Source of the DNA: Candidatus Brocadia sp.
GTDB lineage: Bacteria; Planctomycetota; Brocadiia; Brocadiales; Brocadiaceae
Assembly (NCBI GenBank): GCA_021650915.1
Contig: CP091279.1
Span: forward strand, 1-32,000
Direction: 5' to 3'
Length of the DNA stretch: 32,000 nucleotides
Position numbers and translations under genes: made by a program. How positions within the stretch are numbered: position 1 is the stretch's first letter; each line of letters opens with the position of its first letter. The notes under the pieces are model-generated. The model did no database searches. It was not told where the DNA came from and saw only the letters and a program-made list of their open reading frames with translations. This document shows positions 26,830-32,000 of this stretch, piece after piece.

Positions 26830-27252
26830 CGCCAGCAGTTCAACCTGTTCATGAGCGCATTCAGTACACAGAATCGATCTTCTTCTGTACCTCATCTGCC
26901 CATACCAACCTGCACCACCGATGTCGCTCCTGCTATCAGCCCAATCACTTCCATGTGCACGGCGCCTACAACCTGATACCGTGTGTTTTCCACGCGCCCC
27001 TGTCTTACTGTCTCCTGGGCTCGTTTCCTGAATAATAATTTCTCTATGAACGTCGGTGCCGGTAACAGCCCTGCATGAATAGCTAATCCCTTCCCATTCA
27101 TCTTCGTCCTGATTTTCGGTTGTCTTCTCTCCGCTTTTTGTGCTATATTCTTCATGAAGAAGGTACGTTTTCCATTTATATTCTTATTCATACCGATTGA
27201 ACTGGTTAAAACCATCTGATCTCGTGGACGCTCATTTTACAATAAGAAAACA

Positions 27253-28995
27253 ATGATTTTAAAAAAATTTGTCTTGTGCTATGAGAAAATCAAAAGATTC
27301 GCCAAAGTCGATCTCTGGGACGATAGACGAGAGTCCTCTGCCGCCCTGTGGTTTTTGCGTCGGGTAGTAAAGTTTTGTGCCCTTACCGGAAGCGAATTTA
27401 CTGAAGGCCGTTGCTTGCTAAAGGCATCGGCGCTGACCTTTATTTCATTGATGTCGCTCATACCCCTCCTGGCTTTTATTTTATCCGTTGCAAAAGGACT
27501 TGGTGCGGAAAAAGCGCTGGAGCAAAAAATCGACACCTATATCTTTAATCTCCCCGGGGGGGAGGTGGTTTCTTCTTTTATCAATTTCAAGCGCGGGTTT
27601 TTTTACCAGATTGACAGTCTTGATTTTTCAAAACCTACTGCCCGGGAAGAGATTCTTGGCGCTCTTGAGACCTTCGACGGGTTCATTTTTCCTACCGGGG
27701 AAAAGATACTTTCTGCGATGCCAGACACCCCAGGAGATACCACGGACAACACGCAGGATATATCGTATGAGCGCCTGTCAGAAGAAGAGACAAAAACAGC
27801 TTTACACAAATACAAAAGGGAACTTGCTCATATTATTGTATCCGTGGACTTGACCGGTAAGGATGCGAAAAGTGAACTAAAAGAACGCATTGAAGACTCT
27901 GTGCTGTCCATACCTTCAAACATCAGCTTAAATGCCTTCCTGTACAAAAAACAGATTATGCACTTTGTCGACCGGACAAGCTTTGGATACCTTGGCGCAA
28001 TCGGGTTAATATTTCTTCTCTTTTCTGTTATTAATATGATTGGCAATATTGAGACCTCCTTTAATGATGTTTGGAAGATTAAAAAATCCCGTTCGGTCTT
28101 GAGAAGGTTTACTGACTATACCAGCATGATGTTTATCCTTCCCATCCTTCTTCTGGCGTCGACAACAATTACGGCGGTTTTAACGAATGAAAAGCTCGTC
28201 GCGCTCTTAGATAAAATAGGGATTGGCAACATTTATTTGAGCACGTTGGGATCATTTTTGCCGATTCTTGTGCTGTGGATAGCATTTATTTCTGTTTATA
28301 TTTTTCTGCCAAACACCAGGGTCAGGGCCATTCCAGGGATAGCCGGTGGTGTGATAAGTGGAACGCTCTTTTATGTACTCCAGGTATTTTATTTTAAAAG
28401 CCAGATTGGACTTGCACGGAACAACCTGATTTATGGCGCATTTGCGGCTATTCCCTTTTTCCTGTTGTGGTTACAAATGAGCTGGAATGTTGTTCTTTTG
28501 GGAGCGGTGATCTCATATGTTATCCAAAACATCAGGTTTATTAAGCTGAAAAGTCAACCCATGGGGATAAACTATGCATCAAGGGAACTTTTGGGACTAT
28601 TTATCATGGAGCGGATATCCACACGGTTCTTGGAAGGAAGAGGCGAGCGATGGTCAAGGGAGGGTTTATCAAAGGCGCTGAACATTCCCGCTGAAACGGT
28701 TCAGGAGATTGTAGCCGAACTTTCAAAGGCATCTCTGATTGCTGAAATCCCCGCAGAAAAATATCTGTACTACCTGCCCGCCCGTGATTTGGATGCAATC
28801 CACGTAACGGAAGTAGTATTTGCCATGAGAAATATTGGTGAAAAGTACACCCCTGTTGCTCTGTCACTGCAGGATCAAAAAATGGTAAAACTCCTTGACG
28901 ATCTCCAGGATGCTATCCGGGATCATATGAGATTTACCATAAAAGATATTATTCAGGATACAAGGGCACAGAGTAAGGTCGCTTGCAACAGGTAA
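27253..28995 (+). CDS. YihY/BrkB (formerly RNase BN) family membrane protein with C-terminal winged-helix-like extension
   Basis: LLKASALTFISLMSLIPLLAFILSVAKGLG, SFGYLGAIGLIFLLFSVINMIGNIETSFNDVWKIKKSRSVLRRFTDY, FLPNTRVRAIPGIAGGVISGTLF, QIGLARNNLIYGAFAAIPFFLLWLQMSW; C-terminal SREGLSKALNIPAETVQEIVAELSKASLI. Confidence 0.9.
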   Translation: MILKKFVLCYEKIKRFAKVDLWDDRRESSAALWFLRRVVKFCALTGSEFTEGRCLLKASALTFISLMSLIPLLAFILSVAKGLGAEKALEQKIDTYIFNLPGGEVVSSFINFKRGFFYQIDSLDFSKPTAREEILGALETFDGFIFPTGEKILSAMPDTPGDTTDNTQDISYERLSEEETKTALHKYKRELAHIIVSVDLTGKDAKSELKERIEDSVLSIPSNISLNAFLYKKQIMHFVDRTSFGYLGAIGLIFLLFSVINMIGNIETSFNDVWKIKKSRSVLRRFTDYTSMMFILPILLLASTTITAVLTNEKLVALLDKIGIGNIYLSTLGSFLPILVLWIAFISVYIFLPNTRVRAIPGIAGGVISGTLFYVLQVFYFKSQIGLARNNLIYGAFAAIPFFLLWLQMSWNVVLLGAVISYVIQNIRFIKLKSQPMGINYASRELLGLFIMERISTRFLEGRGERWSREGLSKALNIPAETVQEIVAELSKASLIAEIPAEKYLYYLPARDLDAIHVTEVVFAMRNIGEKYTPVALSLQDQKMVKLLDDLQDAIRDHMRFTIKDIIQDTRAQSKVACNR

Positions 28996-29183
28996 ATCAC
29001 GTGCAGGTTGTATAAAAACCAGTATAAGAGCCTGCTAACCGGCTGTATTCCTCAGAAAAATGAATCATCATTTATTGGCGGTAGTTTTCAGGCAGGGACG
29101 GGCTAATTATGAAAGAACAAACGGTTATTTGGTGATGAACGAAGCAGCTTCCATTTGTTCGCAATGCTACGTCAAATATAAGT

Positions 29184-31034
29184 AGTGTTTGAACGGAAAC
29201 CCCCCAGAGCCCTGTAAAGTAAGGAGAAGCTGGTGAAAAATGTTCATGAAAGTCATTGAATTTTTTCGGGTAAAAGGGTAAAATATGGCGAAAATGAAGG
29301 GATTCTGGGTATAAAGAGTCCAAATATTCGGTTCATTAACCCACTAGCCAAAGGACATTCGATAGAAGATGAGAAAGAGATTTGAGCAGCAATTGAAGCT
29401 TGGCATCATACCCATTTCAGGGGTAAAACTGCCAATAAAGAGTCGAGATGAGCTACCACCGATACTGAGGGCGTTGCAACATATCTATGTTACACCGGAG
29501 TTGAACGAGGAGGTATTCCGGATATTAGAGGCGAAGGTAACGAAGGGGAAGAAAAAGACGGGAAGATATGGGATGGATTTATGGCATATTTTGGTGTTGT
29601 CGGTGGTAAGATTAGGGTTAGATGCCGATTATGACAGGTTGGAGGATTTTGCCAACCATCACAAACTTATCAGGCAGATAATGGGGGTTGAGACGGCATT
29701 TGGAGAGGCGAAGGTTTTTTCGATGCAGAGCATCAAGGACAATATAAGATTGTTGGATGAGGAGACCCTCAGGCAGATAAATGAAGTGGTGATATCATCG
29801 GGGCATCAGTTGGTTAAAAAAAAGGACGAAGGACTGTGTATTAAGGTGGATACGTATGTGTTAGAGACGAATGTACACTTTCCGACCGATATGAATTTAT
29901 TGTGGGATGCGGGACGCAAGAGTCTGGACATGATAGAGGATGCAATAGAGGAAGGCATCCTGGCGGGGAAAGGATGGCGCAAGAGCAAATATTGGAGGAG
30001 AGAGTTAAAAAAGCTGATGAGGATAAGCGCAAAGGCGTCAAGCAGCGGGGGGAAAAACAAGGAAGAGCATGTGAGGAGTTACTTGGAATTATCGAGGGGT
30101 TTGAGTGAAAAGATAGGAGCGAGTCTGTTAGCCATCTACGAAAAGGTGCTAACGACGAACCAGGTAGACAAGCATGCAGGGAAAATAGGGACACTGGAGT
30201 ATTTTCACGGGATGTTGAATAAACAGATAGACCTGGTGGAGAGAAGGGTGATCCGGGATGAGGTAATACCGGCGGCAGAAAAGGTTCATTCGTTGTTTGA
30301 GCCGCATACGGAGTGGCTGTACAAAGGCAAGTCAAACAAAAGGGTAGAGTTGGGACATAATATTCTGGTAGCAAGCGATCAGTGGGGTTTCATCGTGGAC
30401 CATGTGGTAGGAGAAAAACAGGCGGATGTATCGTTGGTAATTCCATTGGCAGATAGGTTGTTGAGCCGTTACGGAGAAGGCACAATAAAGAGTATAAGTT
30501 TTGATAAAGGTTTTTACAAGAAAGAGAATAAAGAGTTGCTGAGTTTGTATATACCAGAGGTAATCCTTCCCAAGAAGGGCAAGAAGAATAAGGCGGAACA
30601 GGAAGAGGAATCGGGTAAGACATTTAAGAAGCTAAGGCACAAGCACTCGGCGGTAGAATCGGATATCAATCGTTTGGAGCATCACGGCTTGGATAGGTGT
30701 CCGGACAAAGGGCTGCATGCCTTTAAAAGATATTGTGCAATGGGCGTGTTAGCTGCGAATTTGCACAAGCTGGGAAACGTGCTGCAGGAGAAGGCACGGA
30801 AGCAGTGCGAAAAGTTGCGAAAAGCCGCCTAAGCAAGCAAAAAACACGAAGAAAAACAGTCTGCCGGGAGGCAGGTACGCCCAGACAAGGCTAAAATAAA
30901 GGGGAAAACAAGGGAAATATGTAAAAGAACAGTATTTTTGCCAAAAACCCTAATCTCAAATCTTAAAATTATCTATTGGTAAATAGAAAATCGACCTCGC
31001 ACTTTTACAAAAAGTGCGTTTTCGTTCAGACACT
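29184..31034 (+). mobile_element. 1.85-kb insertion sequence, intact copy (family not certain, possibly ISNCY)
   Basis: Ends AGTGTTTGAACGG ... CGTTCAGACACT, flanked by AAGT at 29180-29183 and 31035-31038. Confidence 0.95.
29369..30832 (+). CDS. Transposase, intact
   Basis: 487 aa; same coding sequence as the copy at 17833-19297 and the fragment at 2073-2510. Confidence 0.92.
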   Translation: MRKRFEQQLKLGIIPISGVKLPIKSRDELPPILRALQHIYVTPELNEEVFRILEAKVTKGKKKTGRYGMDLWHILVLSVVRLGLDADYDRLEDFANHHKLIRQIMGVETAFGEAKVFSMQSIKDNIRLLDEETLRQINEVVISSGHQLVKKKDEGLCIKVDTYVLETNVHFPTDMNLLWDAGRKSLDMIEDAIEEGILAGKGWRKSKYWRRELKKLMRISAKASSSGGKNKEEHVRSYLELSRGLSEKIGASLLAIYEKVLTTNQVDKHAGKIGTLEYFHGMLNKQIDLVERRVIRDEVIPAAEKVHSLFEPHTEWLYKGKSNKRVELGHNILVASDQWGFIVDHVVGEKQADVSLVIPLADRLLSRYGEGTIKSISFDKGFYKKENKELLSLYIPEVILPKKGKKNKAEQEEESGKTFKKLRHKHSAVESDINRLEHHGLDRCPDKGLHAFKRYCAMGVLAANLHKLGNVLQEKARKQCEKLRKAA

Positions 31035-31420
31035 AAGTACTAATAGTCATACGTAAAAAAGAAAAAGAAGAAACTGCCTTTTCAAAATGGTTTTTGTTTA
31101 CCCTTCTCTCTCTTGCCTTGCTATTCCCCCTCTTTTTGACATTGAAAAATAGTATCAGTTTAGTTTCATAAAATCCTGGCAAAACAATTTTTCACAAGCT
31201 TTTGCTGGTTCAATTGTTCTCGATTGAACCAGCCGTGGGAGGATTACTCCTGCCGTCTATTCGATCGGCAAATGCACGTTGAACCATGCCTTTTTCTATC
31301 GTATCACGGACTGAATCGAACAGTTTCAATGCGAACTTATTCTTGACAAGATGATCCGCTTTATAATATCTTAACATGATACATCTTTATGACATCGGCT
31401 ATAAGGAAAGGCGGAGAGAT

Positions 31421-31978
31421 ATGGCACAGGAAAAGAAAGTCAATGGAGTAGACGTTGAGCAGTTATTTAGTACCATTGAGGGCATTAAAAAAAAACCAGA
31501 AATTGCGAAGTTTAAATTCCGGGCAACGAATAAGTGGGTCGACGGCACACACAATCGTGCAACGATTAAAGATTTTTATGGCGCTGGCAAGGAGGATAAT
31601 TCACGTGAGCCTCTCGTATTTGAGTTAGATGAACCTCCTGTTCTTTTGGGAAAGAATGAGGGGGCCAATCCTGTTGAATATCTTCTCGTTGCCTTATCGG
31701 GTTGTTTGACGACAAGTCTGATTGCTCATGCATCTGCCAAAGGCATCAAAGTAAGGGCGGTTGAATCCAGGCTGGAGGGAGATTTAGATCTTCGCGGTTT
31801 TCTGGGAATATCGGAAGACGTTAAAGTCGGTTTCGAGAAGATCCGCGTATACTTCAAAATCGACGCGGATATATCCGCGCAACAGAAGGAGGATCTCATC
31901 CGTATGGCTCAGAAATACTCACCGGTATATAACTCTATCGCCAATCCTGTTCCTGTCATTGTTCAACATGAAGAGTAA
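31421..31978 (+). CDS. OsmC-family protein
   Basis: Internal ATG (MAQEKKVNG) preceded by AAAGGCGGAGAG; GKNEGANPVEYLLVALSGCLTTSLIAHASAKGIKV signature. Confidence 0.92.
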   Translation: MAQEKKVNGVDVEQLFSTIEGIKKKPEIAKFKFRATNKWVDGTHNRATIKDFYGAGKEDNSREPLVFELDEPPVLLGKNEGANPVEYLLVALSGCLTTSLIAHASAKGIKVRAVESRLEGDLDLRGFLGISEDVKVGFEKIRVYFKIDADISAQQKEDLIRMAQKYSPVYNSIANPVPVIVQHEE

Positions 31979-32000
31979 GGTCTATTTTATCAAAGTCGAA

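Noticed and set aside
26782-26976. 64-aa poly-histidine ORF
   Set aside because: Starts with TTG, is explained by the trinucleotide repeat, and the rest shows no recognisable domain. Not called as a gene.

Overview
This 32 kb window is a mosaic of a conventional bacterial backbone and several insertion sequences. Backbone genes: a lipoprotein, tatA, an RluA-type pseudouridine synthase, a TPR protein, a PHP phosphatase, tRNA-Arg(CCT), an FNT-family channel, modB/modC-like ABC transporter genes, two repeat proteins of beta-propeller type flanking mprF and a membrane protein, a YihY/BrkB protein and an OsmC protein. Mobile DNA makes up roughly a third of the window. The best-supported observations are: (1) an ISAs1-type transposase carrying an N-terminal DUF4338/DruA-like domain; (2) a modB-like permease gene cut by an 1.85 kb IS with a 4-bp target duplication, where virtual removal restores the frame exactly; (3) the adjacent modC-like gene cut by an IS1634-type element, also restorable in silico; (4) a family of short repeats with conserved 5' and 3' modules but three different interiors, one copy ending 4 bp from the modB start codon, two copies abutting, and one sitting inside the transposase of both IS1634-type copies; (5) a putative operon-like block of secreted repeat protein, MprF, membrane protein and secreted repeat protein. 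Family assignments come from recognised sequence motifs; no database search was run. No CRISPR array was found. I found no convincing complete new defence system. The strongest candidates for something under-described are the DruA-like/transposase fusion and the modular repeat family.
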